From a bacterium (GTDB lineage Bacteria; Omnitrophota; Gorgyraeia; Zapsychrales; Zapsychraceae), in the NCBI GenBank assembly GCA_030429765.1, contig JAUIER010000003.1, positions 144,402 to 208,401 of the forward strand: 64,000 nucleotides of DNA, given 5' to 3'. Both the position numbers and the translations under genes were made by a program. Positions 29,643-40,907 of the stretch are shown piece by piece. The notes beneath the pieces were generated by a model. The model did not search any database. It worked only from the letters and a program-made list of their open reading frames with translations, and was not told where the DNA came from. Numbering within the stretch: the stretch's first letter is position 1; every line of letters begins with the position of its first letter.

Positions 29643-30101
29643 ATGACACAATTCGGTGAAGGGATGGTTGATGTAGGATCCAAGGATGTGACCCGGCGGG
29701 TGGCCCGCGCGCAGTCAACGATCCGCATGAATCCCGAAACATACGCGGCCTTGATGAACGGCGAGTGCCCCAAAGGGGATGTGCTGCAAACGGCCAGGGT
29801 CGCGGCGATCATGGCGGCGAAATCAACGCCTGCCATCATTCCGTTATGTCATCCGCTGGAACTCAGCAAGATCAAGATTGACTTTAAGAGTGATGAATCG
29901 AGTGCCAGTGTCACGGCCATGGCTGAAGTGGCCTATCAGGGGCGGACCGGTGTGGAGATGGAGGCGCTCACGGCGGTCAGCGCTGCAACGCTGACGATAT
30001 ATGACATGATGAAATGGTCGGATAAGGGAATGAAAATCGTTGAGACCAAGCTCCTCTCCAAAAGCGGAGGGAAGAGCGGAGACTATCAGCGTCAGGAATA
30101 A
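29643..30101 (+). CDS. moaC: Cyclic pyranopterin monophosphate synthase
   Basis: MVDV..K, KGDVL, IPLCHP, TGVEMEAL, KSGGKSG. Confidence 0.95.
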   Translation: MTQFGEGMVDVGSKDVTRRVARAQSTIRMNPETYAALMNGECPKGDVLQTARVAAIMAAKSTPAIIPLCHPLELSKIKIDFKSDESSASVTAMAEVAYQGRTGVEMEALTAVSAATLTIYDMMKWSDKGMKIVETKLLSKSGGKSGDYQRQE

Positions 30102-30123
30102 GCTGACGCCCGAAGCCACGCCT

Positions 30124-31737
30124 ATGTCTTTGAAAAAGTTTGTCACGGCGGCCTGCTTAATCGTGATCGTGTTGGGCATCGGATTCAGGTTCTACCGGAT
30201 TACCGACAACACATTTGTTTTTTACGACGAGGGAATGTGGCTGCTGCAGAATCAGTCTTTCGTCCGGCATATCGAACAATCCGCCGGTGAGGGATTATCC
30301 AAGATCGGATCGCTTCTCAATATATCTTTTCATCTATCCCTGCAGACCGGAAAGGCTCTATGGGCGTTTATCAGTCAGTCCCGCGGGTTCTTCGTCGGGG
30401 AACAGGGGTATTACTTTAATCGGGTTGTGTCCGCGATATTCGGGACGCTGAGCATCGCGATCGTGTACTTTTTTGCCAATCGGCTCTATCAATCCAGGTG
30501 GATTGGATTGCTATCAGCCAGTCTGTTGGCCGTCCTGCCAAGTCACGTTTTCTATTCGCGTTTAGCCCTGCAGGAAGGGCTGAGCGTTTGTCTGTTTCTG
30601 TTGGGGATGTACCTTTACGTGTTCCCGCGGCGGATGACATGGCGGGTGTTTGCGGCCAGTATGTGTTTTGCCGGTGTCTTTTTTGCCAATTACCGGATGA
30701 TAATTATTCCATTCTTTGTCGCTCTGACAGAGCTGTACATGAGTCTGGCTGAGCGTCGACGTCCGGAGTACGAAAAGTATGTGTATCACACGCTCCTGTT
30801 TTTGTTGATTGTGTTCGGGATCGGCGCGCTCGACGGCGGCGCCAATACGTTTGTGACGTTTGGCTGGATGTTTCATCAAACACATCTGGCCAAAGGGACG
30901 TTTGATTGGGTCAATCTGCTGTCTTATCCCTATTATATTTACAGATTTGAAGGTTTGTTGTTCGCGGTTTTATTCTTTCTCAATCTGATACTTGTCGTTC
31001 GGGGAAAATTCAAGGAAGCCTATCCGTTTGTGTTGATCATGGTCTTCATGCTGGTCTTTTCAATCCCGCAGGAGAAGGGTGTCCGCTATTTGACCAGTGG
31101 ATATCCGTTCATGGCCATGGCCGTTGCCGCGGTGGTGGGACATTTTGTGACGATGTCATCCCGTGCGTGGATACGCCGCGCGGTGTTAGTGCTCGTGGGA
31201 TTATCTTTCATTGTTCAGATTGGGCGCTGTCTGCCTATGGCCGGATACAGCAATGACTACGCCACATCGATACGGGATGCTGTAGAGCAAGATCCGTCGG
31301 CCCGTTTTGTCAGCACGCAGGCGATGGTCCAACGGCTGTATGTTGAGGATGCGTCACGTGTGGCCGAGTTCCGCTACGGAATCGCGTATCTGGAGGCCCT
31401 TCGTCGGCAGGGATACAGCTATTTGATGATCGATCCTCAGGCCTATGTGTCCTTCACCGATGACAAGCGCCGTTTTACCCCCAAGCTCAAGGGGTATCTG
31501 GAATTCATCCGCCATCAGGTCAACCCGGTACAGACGTATCCGCATTTCGCCCCAGCCTTGCTGGAGCGTTTCGTCCTGGAGCACAATGAAAATCTGAGGC
31601 AGTCTATCGCGTTCCTCAATATGAGTGAGGCCAACGGTTTTGGAGAGCTACGGGTTTATGATATTCAAACATGCATGCAGTATCTGCAGCGGGGATTATT
31701 GCTCATGCAGCAGCGACGGGGAAACAATGGATTGTAA
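30124..31737 (+). CDS. GT-C membrane glycosyltransferase (ArnT/PMT-like)
   Basis: FYDE motif after TM1; multiple TM helices; HVFYSR. Confidence 0.82.
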   Translation: MSLKKFVTAACLIVIVLGIGFRFYRITDNTFVFYDEGMWLLQNQSFVRHIEQSAGEGLSKIGSLLNISFHLSLQTGKALWAFISQSRGFFVGEQGYYFNRVVSAIFGTLSIAIVYFFANRLYQSRWIGLLSASLLAVLPSHVFYSRLALQEGLSVCLFLLGMYLYVFPRRMTWRVFAASMCFAGVFFANYRMIIIPFFVALTELYMSLAERRRPEYEKYVYHTLLFLLIVFGIGALDGGANTFVTFGWMFHQTHLAKGTFDWVNLLSYPYYIYRFEGLLFAVLFFLNLILVVRGKFKEAYPFVLIMVFMLVFSIPQEKGVRYLTSGYPFMAMAVAAVVGHFVTMSSRAWIRRAVLVLVGLSFIVQIGRCLPMAGYSNDYATSIRDAVEQDPSARFVSTQAMVQRLYVEDASRVAEFRYGIAYLEALRRQGYSYLMIDPQAYVSFTDDKRRFTPKLKGYLEFIRHQVNPVQTYPHFAPALLERFVLEHNENLRQSIAFLNMSEANGFGELRVYDIQTCMQYLQRGLLLMQQRRGNNGL

Positions 31738-32752
31738 GATCAAGCTGAGTATATGGATGATGATGGTGACCGTGTTGTGCGGTTGCGGCCGGGCCGAGGC
31801 GCCCGCTTTGCAACGGTACTCGGAAACCCGATCCCTGATGGCCACGGTGATCCAGGTGGATGTATGTGTCGACACGGAAAATGATGTGCATCAGTCTGGT
31901 GTGTATCCCAAGATATGGAAACGTCTCGAAGAGATTGCGTGGCGGATGAATGTCTATGATGAGCGCAGCGACGTGACACGGATCAACCAGGCCGGGACGA
32001 ATCCGATCGAGGTTCCGGCGGATACGTACGAGATCATCCGGCGGTCCAAAGAGTTTGCGCAAAAAACCCGGGGGACATTTCTCATATCCATCCGGCCGCT
32101 GATCGATGTGTGGAAGACCGGTCAGCAGAATGATCGACTTCCGACACCGGATATGATCCGTCAAACGCTCGAATCGATCGATCTGGATGATCTAAAATTA
32201 CATGCGGACAATCGGATCAGCCGTCATCATCCGCAGTTAAAACTGGACCTGGGCGGGAATGCCAAAGGATATGCCGTCGATGAGGTAGCCCGCTTGTTTA
32301 GGGAACATGGATTTCAGCATTTTTATATCGACGCCGGTGGAGATATTTACGTGGGCGGGAAGAACTGTCAGGGGAAATCGTGGCGCATCGGTATTCGCGA
32401 CCCGCGCGACAAGTCCCGCCTGATTGAAACGGTTGTGGTCTCAAACGCGGCCGTGACCACGTCGGGCAACTATGAACAAACGATGGCGATTCAGGGTGAA
32501 CGCTACTCGCACATCATTGATCCGCGAACCGGATATCCGCAGCGGGATGTGGTCAGCGCCACGGTAATCGCGGCCAGCGCCGAAGAGGCGGATGTGTATT
32601 CGACCGCCTTGACAGTATTGGGGGCTGACGAAGGCGTGTCCCTGATCGAGTCATTGGGGCAGGGACGCGCGGCCCTGGTGTTTACAAAGCGTCCGGGAGG
32701 ACAACTGGAGCGGGCGGAAAGTTCATCCATGCCTCAGTATCGGAATCCCTGA
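31727..32752 (+). CDS. apbE: FAD:protein FMN transferase
   Basis: DLGGNAKGYAVD, TSGNYE, HIIDPRTG; lipoprotein signal. Confidence 0.93.
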   Translation: MDCKIKLSIWMMMVTVLCGCGRAEAPALQRYSETRSLMATVIQVDVCVDTENDVHQSGVYPKIWKRLEEIAWRMNVYDERSDVTRINQAGTNPIEVPADTYEIIRRSKEFAQKTRGTFLISIRPLIDVWKTGQQNDRLPTPDMIRQTLESIDLDDLKLHADNRISRHHPQLKLDLGGNAKGYAVDEVARLFREHGFQHFYIDAGGDIYVGGKNCQGKSWRIGIRDPRDKSRLIETVVVSNAAVTTSGNYEQTMAIQGERYSHIIDPRTGYPQRDVVSATVIAASAEEADVYSTALTVLGADEGVSLIESLGQGRAALVFTKRPGGQLERAESSSMPQYRNP

Positions 32753-32900
32753 CAGCGGTGATCCTATTGGAAGAACAGGATCCCATTAATTTTTGTCTGC
32801 TTGTTGAAGAATCCGCGGGCTTTACCTATAATGAAGATCCAAATGTCACACATGTGCAAACCCGGACGACCACGATCCCGCACGCAATGAGGAGAATTTC

Positions 32901-33716
32901 ATGAAACAATACCTCGAGTTAGTTCAGCATATTATCGATAACGGTGAGACCAAGACCGACCGAACGGGGACGGGCACCATCTCCGTCTTTGGGTATCAAT
33001 CCAAATACGATCTACGGGAAGGGTTTCCGTTGTTAACGACCAAGAAAGTTCTTTTTCCGGCGGTGGTCCGGGAGCTGCTCTGGTTTTTGAAGGGGTCGAC
33101 AAATATTAACGATAATCTCAAAGAACATACGCCGATCTGGAATGCCTGGGCGGATGACAACGGCGAACTTGGCCCGGTTTACGGATATCAGTGGCGTCAC
33201 TGGGAACGGTTTCGTAAGCACGATGTCAGCGGCGAGTATCGCAAAGAGCATGTCGATCAAATCACGCAGGCCATTGATATGATCAAGACCAATCCGGATT
33301 CTCGGCGGATCATCGTCAGCGCGTGGAATGTGGCGGATATCGATCGCATGGCGTTGCCGCCCTGTCATGCGTTCTTTCAGTTTTATGTGGTCAATGGACG
33401 GCTGGACTGCCAGTTGTATCAACGTTCGGCGGATGTGGCACTGGGTGTTCCATTTAATATAGCCAGTTATGCCTTGCTGTTGTCCATGGTGGCCAATGAA
33501 TGCGGTCTGACCCCGGGCATCTTTGTACATACGCTCGGCGACGCGCATCTGTACTCTAATCATTTGGACGGCATCAAGGAACAATTGACGCGGACGCCCA
33601 AAGCCTTGCCTCAGCTTAAATTAAAATCTAAACCTGTCCTGGAGATGGAATTTGAGGACATCGAATTGCTCAATTACGAGCATGACGCGTTTATCAAATT
33701 TCCGATCGCGGTGTAG
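32901..33716 (+). CDS. thyA: Thymidylate synthase
   Basis: DRTGTGT, LPPCH, YQRSAD..LGVPFN. Confidence 0.98.
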   Translation: MKQYLELVQHIIDNGETKTDRTGTGTISVFGYQSKYDLREGFPLLTTKKVLFPAVVRELLWFLKGSTNINDNLKEHTPIWNAWADDNGELGPVYGYQWRHWERFRKHDVSGEYRKEHVDQITQAIDMIKTNPDSRRIIVSAWNVADIDRMALPPCHAFFQFYVVNGRLDCQLYQRSADVALGVPFNIASYALLLSMVANECGLTPGIFVHTLGDAHLYSNHLDGIKEQLTRTPKALPQLKLKSKPVLEMEFEDIELLNYEHDAFIKFPIAV

Positions 33717-33718
33717 TC

Positions 33719-34255
33719 ATGCCATCTGATTCACGATTCGAGATCGTCGTTGCCATGGATTCACGGCAGGGTATCGGCCGCGACGGAGATCTGCCCTGGA
33801 AATTACCCGCTGATCTCAAACATTTCAGGGAGGTGACGACGTCGTCCTCGACCTATCCTAATGTGGTGATCATGGGGCGGGTGACATGGGAATCGTTGCC
33901 GGCCCGATTTCGTCCGCTCCCGGAGCGCATTAACGTGATTGTCTCCCGCAATCCGGATTATCCTCATCCCGAAGATGTTCATCTCACCACAGATTTGACC
34001 GACGTTCCGGCCCTCTTAAAAAACAAAGGGATGGCGTATGGCAAGATCTTTGTCATCGGCGGTCAACAGATCTATCAGCAGGCCTTGCAGGCGGATCTAT
34101 GTGATCGGCTGCACGTGACCCACATTGCCGGTGATTTCGACTGCGATACGTTCTTTCCGGATTTCAAGGATCGGTTCGAGCTGGCCCGCTCCGGCCCGCC
34201 GCAGCAGCAGAATCAGCTTGATTTTCATTTCGCCGAATATTCCCTCCAACACTAA
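33719..34255 (+). CDS. folA: Dihydrofolate reductase
   Basis: GIG..G.LPW, VIMGR.TW, RPLP.R.N, IGG, CDTFFP. Confidence 0.95.
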   Translation: MPSDSRFEIVVAMDSRQGIGRDGDLPWKLPADLKHFREVTTSSSTYPNVVIMGRVTWESLPARFRPLPERINVIVSRNPDYPHPEDVHLTTDLTDVPALLKNKGMAYGKIFVIGGQQIYQQALQADLCDRLHVTHIAGDFDCDTFFPDFKDRFELARSGPPQQQNQLDFHFAEYSLQH

Positions 34256-34547
34256 ATAATTCCAAATATTCACGGATTTAGAATATTTTGGACTATTTAC
34301 CAGATTTTTTTGTCAGAAAAAAGAAAACGGTTCCTTCCATATTTTCAAAATTGTCATAAGCTAATTAGTTACACATGTTTGTGAAAATGCGTCCAATGTG
34401 GAAAATCAGAGATTTTGCCATATCACCTATTACTTTTTTATCTAAGTTTAGACTATACTTGAGATAGACGAAATTTGGAGGCAAACCAGGTTCTATCTAT
34501 AGTCGGGTTCATTGACATCTGACAGACCAACGAAAAGGATACTGTGT

Positions 34548-35732
34548 ATGTTTAAGGCCAAACGAAACCGGAAGAAGAAAATTTTGTTGGTGGATGATGA
34601 CCGATCGGTCAGTCAGATGTTGAAAATGTTACTGGAAAATAGAGGGTATGAAATTTTAACGGCCTATGATGGAGCTGAGGCATTGGCGAAAGCCGATGAG
34701 ACCACTGATCTCGTTCTACTTGATTTAATCCTGCCTGATCAAGAAGGTTTTGATGTCTGCCGACAACTCAAAGAAAAAGAAACTACTTCGGCCGTTCCCA
34801 TTGTGATTCTCAGCGCCCGGGTTTTATCCGGTGATATCGTTGAGGGGCTATACCTTGGCGCGGATGATTATCTGACCAAACCATTTGAATACGAAGAATT
34901 GGTGGCCCGCATGGAGGCGGTCATGCGCCGGGGATCACCGTTTAGCGAAAGTATCACCAACAAGACACAGGGTGAAGACGTTGTTCGTGAACTGCGCAAG
35001 ATAATTCAGGAAGAACGGATTCAGCCCTATTTCCAGCCGATCTATCTGGTCAAGCCGATGAAACTGTTCGGGCTCGAGGCATTGTGTCGGCCCGAAACGG
35101 AAAGTCCAATTTTATCCAACCCGGAATTGCTGTTCCAGGCGGCGTTTCAGTATGGTCTGTACCAGGAGCTGGAACTATTAGCCTGGAAGAAGGCGATAGA
35201 ACATGCGTCCGATTATTTGCAGGAGCAGTACCTGTTTCTCAACTGCAATCCATATCTCGTGGAAGGACCGAAATTCAACAAGGTCAAGTCGCTGTTTGAC
35301 CGGAGTAATTTGAGTATCGGCAATGTGATCCTAGAGATCACAGAGCGATCTGAAGTCGGGGACTACAAAGAGTTTTATGCGCAATTAGAGCGCTTCCGGG
35401 CCCATGGTTTTAAATTCGCCGTCGATGATGTCGGCGGTGGATATGCAAGCCTGGAGTCAATTGTCGAGACCAAGCCGGAGGTGGTGAAGATAGACCGGCA
35501 CATCATTTCCAATCTGCAGAAGGATCCGTACAAACGTAGTATCGTCAAATTTGTCGTGGCGTTCTGCCGCGAAAACAATATTCTGTCGATCGCGGAAGGG
35601 ATCGAGACACGTGAAGACCTGGACATGGTACGGCGGCTGGGTATCGATGCGGTGCAGGGATACTTTTTATCCAGACCTCAGCCCAAGATCGATGTCAAAG
35701 AACTGAACGATAGCGTGATCCATCTCGTTTAA
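34548..35732 (+). CDS. Response regulator with REC and EAL domains
   Basis: LLVDDD...LLDL; EALCR, EITE, DDVGGGY, AEGIE, QGYF. Confidence 0.93.
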   Translation: MFKAKRNRKKKILLVDDDRSVSQMLKMLLENRGYEILTAYDGAEALAKADETTDLVLLDLILPDQEGFDVCRQLKEKETTSAVPIVILSARVLSGDIVEGLYLGADDYLTKPFEYEELVARMEAVMRRGSPFSESITNKTQGEDVVRELRKIIQEERIQPYFQPIYLVKPMKLFGLEALCRPETESPILSNPELLFQAAFQYGLYQELELLAWKKAIEHASDYLQEQYLFLNCNPYLVEGPKFNKVKSLFDRSNLSIGNVILEITERSEVGDYKEFYAQLERFRAHGFKFAVDDVGGGYASLESIVETKPEVVKIDRHIISNLQKDPYKRSIVKFVVAFCRENNILSIAEGIETREDLDMVRRLGIDAVQGYFLSRPQPKIDVKELNDSVIHLV

Positions 35733-35872
35733 ACGACACCATTTCAAATATTGCGTTTGGCAATACTCCGATCCCAACTTATAATGTTAGTATTACCTTC
35801 TTTAGATATCACCGTGGCTTCCATTAATCTGATCTAAGCGGCTCTATGGCGCTTGGTGACATCCCAATCTCT

Positions 35873-37753
35873 ATGACCGTTCACCAGTCAATCTTTTCTC
35901 AAGCGGATCTCAAAAATTTTAAGCGTGGGGAACATAATCAGTTGTATCGTAAGTTCGGCGCTCATCAACGCCGATGCAGCGGTCAAACGGGGACACATTT
36001 TGCCGTTTGGGCGCCGGATGTCGATCGGGTGGACGTCGTGGGTTCGTTCAGGGACATAAAGCAATCCGTGCATCCCTTGCGACAAGTGCATGCCCGGAGC
36101 GGTATTTGGGAGGGTTTTATCCCGGCAGCGCGAACAGCCGACCGGTATATCTATCGGATCACGTCCGGCAAAAAACAGGTCTGGAAGATCGATCCGTATG
36201 GTCGGCATCACACACAACCACCGGACGTCCGCTCAACGGTCGCGGGTGAATCCTATCAGTGGCAGGATGATGCGTGGATGAAGCGCCGGGCCCGTCACCA
36301 TAAGCCGGACGCACCGATGTCCGTGTATGAAGTGCACTTGGGAAGTTGGCGGCGTCAGGACGGCCAATTTTTAACCTATCGGCAATTGGCTGACAAATTA
36401 CCTGACTATGTGGATCAGATGGGATTTACGCATGTCGAGTTTTTGCCGGTAATGGAGCATCCCTACTATGGATCCTGGGGCTATCAGACCACTGGATATT
36501 TTGCGCCCACATCGCGATATGGCTCGTTGCGGGATTTTAAACGGCTGATTGACGCGTTGCATCAACGGGGGATCGGCGTGATCCTGGATTGGGTGCCGTC
36601 GCACTTTCCCGTTGATGAGTACGGTCTGAGTGGTTTTAATCATCAACCGTTGTATGAAACCGCGGGGCTGCATCCGGACTGGCAGACGTGTATCTTTAAT
36701 ACTGGATCACTGCAAGTGGTTGATTTTCTGATCTCAAACGCGATGTATTGGTTGGAACAATTTCATGCGGATGCCATCCGGGTCGATGCGGTGGCGTCGA
36801 TGCTCTATCTGAATTATTCCCGCGCTCAGGGCGAGTGGGATCCTAATTTGTTCGGCGGTTTTGAGAATATCGAGGCCGTGGCTTTTGTCCGTAAACTGAA
36901 TGATGTCATCAAACGTTATTTTCCGGATGTGCTTCTAATCGCCGAAGAATCCACCTCATGGCCCGGGGTTTCCCGGGATGATGATCAGGGCGGGCTGGGA
37001 TTTGATATGAAGTGGAACCTGGGGTGGATGCATGACACGCTGCAGTACTTTTGTGAGGATGAGAAAAAGCGAGATGATCATTTAAAACAGCTCACATTTA
37101 GTTTATATTATGCTTTTAACGAGAACTTTCTGCTGCCGCTGTCGCATGATGAGGTTGTTCACGGAAAAAGTTCATTACTTGGCAAAATGAACGGGGAGGA
37201 TCAGCAGAAGTTTGCCAATCTCCGTTCTCTATTCGCCTACATGTTCGCGCATCCGGGCAAGAAATTGTTGTTTATGGGCAGTGAGCTGGCGCCGTGGAAC
37301 GAATGGAACCATGATGCCGCCTTGCCGTGGGAGCTCTTGAACTATGACAGACATAGCGGGATTCAGCGGCTGGTCCGGGAACTCAATCATATTTATCGAC
37401 GGGAATCCGCCTTGCATCAGTTGGATTTCTCGGCGGATGGATTCGAGTGGATCGATTATCGCGGACGTCACCGCGGTGTGATCAGTTTTTTGCGGCGATC
37501 GTCGAAAGAGCGCTCGATGATCCTAGTGGTTTGCAATCTGAAGGACCGTCATCGCAAGCAAATGAAAGTTGGCCTTCCGGTTGGGGGATGCTGGAAGCTT
37601 TTGCTTGATACCGATGCTGTGTCGTATGGCGGAAAGGGACTAATCGATGATGCCCCGATCCGCGCCAAAAAGAAGGCCTATGGCAAACACAAATATCATA
37701 TTCAGCTGACCATGGCGCCGTTGAGCGTCGTCTACCTAAAGTGGGTTAAATGA
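35873..37753 (+). CDS. glgB: 1,4-alpha-glucan branching enzyme (GH13)
   Basis: YEVHLGSW, SWGYQ, RVDAVASM, AEEST, SHDEVVHGK. Confidence 0.96.
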   Translation: MTVHQSIFSQADLKNFKRGEHNQLYRKFGAHQRRCSGQTGTHFAVWAPDVDRVDVVGSFRDIKQSVHPLRQVHARSGIWEGFIPAARTADRYIYRITSGKKQVWKIDPYGRHHTQPPDVRSTVAGESYQWQDDAWMKRRARHHKPDAPMSVYEVHLGSWRRQDGQFLTYRQLADKLPDYVDQMGFTHVEFLPVMEHPYYGSWGYQTTGYFAPTSRYGSLRDFKRLIDALHQRGIGVILDWVPSHFPVDEYGLSGFNHQPLYETAGLHPDWQTCIFNTGSLQVVDFLISNAMYWLEQFHADAIRVDAVASMLYLNYSRAQGEWDPNLFGGFENIEAVAFVRKLNDVIKRYFPDVLLIAEESTSWPGVSRDDDQGGLGFDMKWNLGWMHDTLQYFCEDEKKRDDHLKQLTFSLYYAFNENFLLPLSHDEVVHGKSSLLGKMNGEDQQKFANLRSLFAYMFAHPGKKLLFMGSELAPWNEWNHDAALPWELLNYDRHSGIQRLVRELNHIYRRESALHQLDFSADGFEWIDYRGRHRGVISFLRRSSKERSMILVVCNLKDRHRKQMKVGLPVGGCWKLLLDTDAVSYGGKGLIDDAPIRAKKKAYGKHKYHIQLTMAPLSVVYLKWVK

Positions 37754-39186
37754 ACAAATACATCTGCATACACGGACATTTTTATCAGCCGCCGCGTGAG
37801 GACGCGTGGACCGGTGTTATCGAGCGTCAACGCAGCGCGGCACCTTTTCACAATTGGAACGAACGCATCACCGAGGAATGTTATCGGGCGAACACTCAGT
37901 CACCCATCCTCGGAGAGAATGGCGAACCCAACAAGATCATCAATAATTTTGAATGGATGAGCTTTAATATCGGCCCGACGCTGTTTTCATGGCTTGAGGC
38001 GCATGATCCGCAGACCTATAAGCTCATCCTCGAGGCCGATCGTAAGAGCATGGGGCATTTTGACGGTTGCGGCAATGCCATCGCGCAGGCGTACAATCAT
38101 CTGATCATGCCGCTGGCCAATGAACGGGACAAACAGACCCAGGTCATTTGGGGGATCAAGGACTTTGAATATCGATTTAAGCGTAAACCTTTGGGGATGT
38201 GGTTGCCGGAGACGGCGGTGGATCTGAGGACATTAGAGATCCTCGTCGAGCATGGTATCAAATTCACCATTCTGGCGCCCAAACAGGCCAAGGCGGTAAA
38301 ATCACTGGCGGCCACCGAATGGACGGAGGTGGATGAAAATACGATCAACACCAAAGTGCCATATGTGTGTCATCTGCCGTCGGGCGATTCGATTAACTTG
38401 TTTTTTTATGACGGATTTATTTCATCAGAAGTGGCATTTGGTAAGATTATCCGAAACGCCGAGGAGATGTATAATCACATGATCAAGGCGGTCGACGGAG
38501 AGCCGGATGAGTTGGAGTTGGTCCATATCGCCACCGACGGGGAAACCTACGGACATCATCGCCGTTTCGGGAATATGGCTTTTTCATATCTGGTGGAGCA
38601 TACGCAAACAAATAAGCACGTGAACATCGCTAACTATACAAAAGTTCTGAAAGACTATGCCATTGCGGATGAAGTCCGGATTCACGAGAATACAGCCTGG
38701 AGCAGCTCCGTCGGTGTTGAACGCTGGAAATCGGCGGAAGGCGGATGCATTCATCACAAGGAAGGATGGACGCAGGAGTGGCGCGGACCATTGCGTGAAG
38801 CGATGGATTGGCTGCGGGATGAATTGATTCCCGTGTACGAACAAGCGATGCGTGAGCGCGGTGAAGATCCGTGGCAGGCGCGCAATAATTATATTCAGCG
38901 AATTCTTGAGTGCTCCAATACCGATCCGATATTGGACATGCAGCACATGTCAATGCTCATGTATACTTCGTGCGGCTGGTTTTTTGATGATGTGTCCGGA
39001 ATTGAGACCGTTCAGATCCTGCAGTATGCCGCGCGCGCCATCGAACTGGCACGCGAAGAGTGCGGTGTCGAGCTGGAACCCGGATTTCTCAAGATTCTCA
39101 GCGAAGCCAAAAGCAATCATAAACGAAAGGGTACGGCTAAGGATATTTACGGCCGAATGATCAAGCGGCGCAAACGACATGGATAA
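37750..39186 (+). CDS. GH57 glycoside hydrolase (DUF3536-associated type)
   Basis: HGHFYQPPRE, WLPETA, TDGETYGHH, YTSCGWFFD. Confidence 0.9.
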   Translation: MNKYICIHGHFYQPPREDAWTGVIERQRSAAPFHNWNERITEECYRANTQSPILGENGEPNKIINNFEWMSFNIGPTLFSWLEAHDPQTYKLILEADRKSMGHFDGCGNAIAQAYNHLIMPLANERDKQTQVIWGIKDFEYRFKRKPLGMWLPETAVDLRTLEILVEHGIKFTILAPKQAKAVKSLAATEWTEVDENTINTKVPYVCHLPSGDSINLFFYDGFISSEVAFGKIIRNAEEMYNHMIKAVDGEPDELELVHIATDGETYGHHRRFGNMAFSYLVEHTQTNKHVNIANYTKVLKDYAIADEVRIHENTAWSSSVGVERWKSAEGGCIHHKEGWTQEWRGPLREAMDWLRDELIPVYEQAMRERGEDPWQARNNYIQRILECSNTDPILDMQHMSMLMYTSCGWFFDDVSGIETVQILQYAARAIELAREECGVELEPGFLKILSEAKSNHKRKGTAKDIYGRMIKRRKRHG

Positions 39187-40702
39187 TCGACAGAGCGGCA
39201 TACTTCTGCATATCACCTCATTAGCGAGTCCCTATGGCATCGGTGATATGGGGCCGGCCGCAATGGATTTTGTTGATTTTCTCGTCGAGAGTCGTCAACG
39301 TCTGTGGCAGATCCTGCCGCTGACACCGACGGAATTCATCTGCGGAAATTCCCCCTACAGCAGTTTTTCAGCCTTCGCCGGCAATCCCGTTCTGATCAGT
39401 CCTGATAAGATCGTCGAGCAGGGACTGCTCACCCCGGAAGATCTTCAATCAAAACTAGACTTTGATCCGAGCATTGCTGATTATGATGCAGCCTCCACGT
39501 TTCGTGATCAATTATTTCAAAAAGCATTTATGAATTTTCAGTCACAGTTGGATTGCCATGATGATTATCATCAGTTTCTTGAGCGATCAGCGGACTGGAT
39601 TCATGATTACGCGCTGTTTTGTGTGATCAAGCAAAAGACGCGGGGTGTTGTGTGGAATCAATGGCCGGACGGTCTACGGGATCGGGATACCGATGATATA
39701 AATTCTTTTGCGAAGCGTTATCACGTTGAGCTGGATTACGCCAAGTTTGTCCAATATTTGTTTGACCGGCAGTGGCGGGAGTTGAAAGGGTATGCGAATC
39801 AGAAAGGGGTGGGGATCGTCGGTGATATTCCGATTTATGTGGCCTATGACAGTGTTGACGTGTGGAGCGCGCCGGAAAATTTTAAACTCGACGCTAATTT
39901 AGAGATGCCGGTGGTTTCCGGTGTGCCGCCGGATTACTTTAGTGAAAATGGTCAGCGTTGGGGCACACCTGTTTTTGATTGGGATTACATGCAGCGACAT
40001 CAATTCGATTGGTGGATCCGTCGCATCGCTCACAATCTCAAACTCTACGATGAAGTCAGGATTGATCACTTCCGCGCGTTCGTTAATTATTGGGAGATTC
40101 CCGCCGAGCATAAGACCGCGATCAAAGGGTATTGGGAAGATGTGCCCACACGCGCTTTTTTCCAGACACTGCATGCCGCCTTCGAGCGCCTGCCGCTGAT
40201 TGCCGAAGATTTGGGACTAATCGACGACACCACACGGATCAAGATCGAGGCCCTCGGATTTCCGGGGATGAAAATCCTGATGTTTGCCTTCGGCGAGGAC
40301 ATTGTCGAACATTTATATCTTCCGCACAACTACACGTCCAATTGCGTGGTCTATACCGGAACGCATGACAATAATACGGTTCAGGGTTGGTATCAGAACG
40401 ATGCCAGCGCGCTCGAAAAGCAGAATCTGGAGCGCTATATCGAAAAATATCCCAGTGTTTTCAACGGCAAATCTCCGGAGTCAATCCATTGGAAATTAAT
40501 TGAGCTGGCGTTGATGTCACCGGCCCGCCAAGCCATCACACCGATGCAGGATGTACTCGGATTGGGGGTGGAGGCCCGTATGAATGTCCCGGGAACGGTC
40601 AAACGCAACTGGATCTGGCGGCTTCAGGATGGTCAATTGAACCGGTGTGTGGGCGGGCGTCTGCATGAATTAACCCATCGCAGCGGCCGGAGTCCCGATT
40701 AG
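39179..40702 (+). CDS. malQ: 4-alpha-glucanotransferase (GH77)
   Basis: GILLHITSL, GVPPDYFS, RIDHFR, AEDLG, THDN. Confidence 0.96.
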   Translation: MDNRQSGILLHITSLASPYGIGDMGPAAMDFVDFLVESRQRLWQILPLTPTEFICGNSPYSSFSAFAGNPVLISPDKIVEQGLLTPEDLQSKLDFDPSIADYDAASTFRDQLFQKAFMNFQSQLDCHDDYHQFLERSADWIHDYALFCVIKQKTRGVVWNQWPDGLRDRDTDDINSFAKRYHVELDYAKFVQYLFDRQWRELKGYANQKGVGIVGDIPIYVAYDSVDVWSAPENFKLDANLEMPVVSGVPPDYFSENGQRWGTPVFDWDYMQRHQFDWWIRRIAHNLKLYDEVRIDHFRAFVNYWEIPAEHKTAIKGYWEDVPTRAFFQTLHAAFERLPLIAEDLGLIDDTTRIKIEALGFPGMKILMFAFGEDIVEHLYLPHNYTSNCVVYTGTHDNNTVQGWYQNDASALEKQNLERYIEKYPSVFNGKSPESIHWKLIELALMSPARQAITPMQDVLGLGVEARMNVPGTVKRNWIWRLQDGQLNRCVGGRLHELTHRSGRSPD

Positions 40703-40756
40703 GATGTAAGTAGCTGAAATGCATACGTTTGCGGTTAAGAGTGGCATGAATTAGTT

Positions 40757-40785
40757 TTGACCTAACGTCTTCCAGCCTATATACT
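40757..40785 (+). promoter_or_regulatory. Sigma70-type promoter of the giant gene
   Basis: TTGACC-17nt-TATACT. Confidence 0.6.
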
Positions 40786-40907
40786 TATATTAGTAGTGAA
40801 GTCACTGCTGCAACACATTCCCCAATCACATCTTAATTTCAAGATAACTTTAGTTGACGTGTATGTATAAACGTCCGGATGATTGTATTCCGGTTTGAGA
40901 TACGATT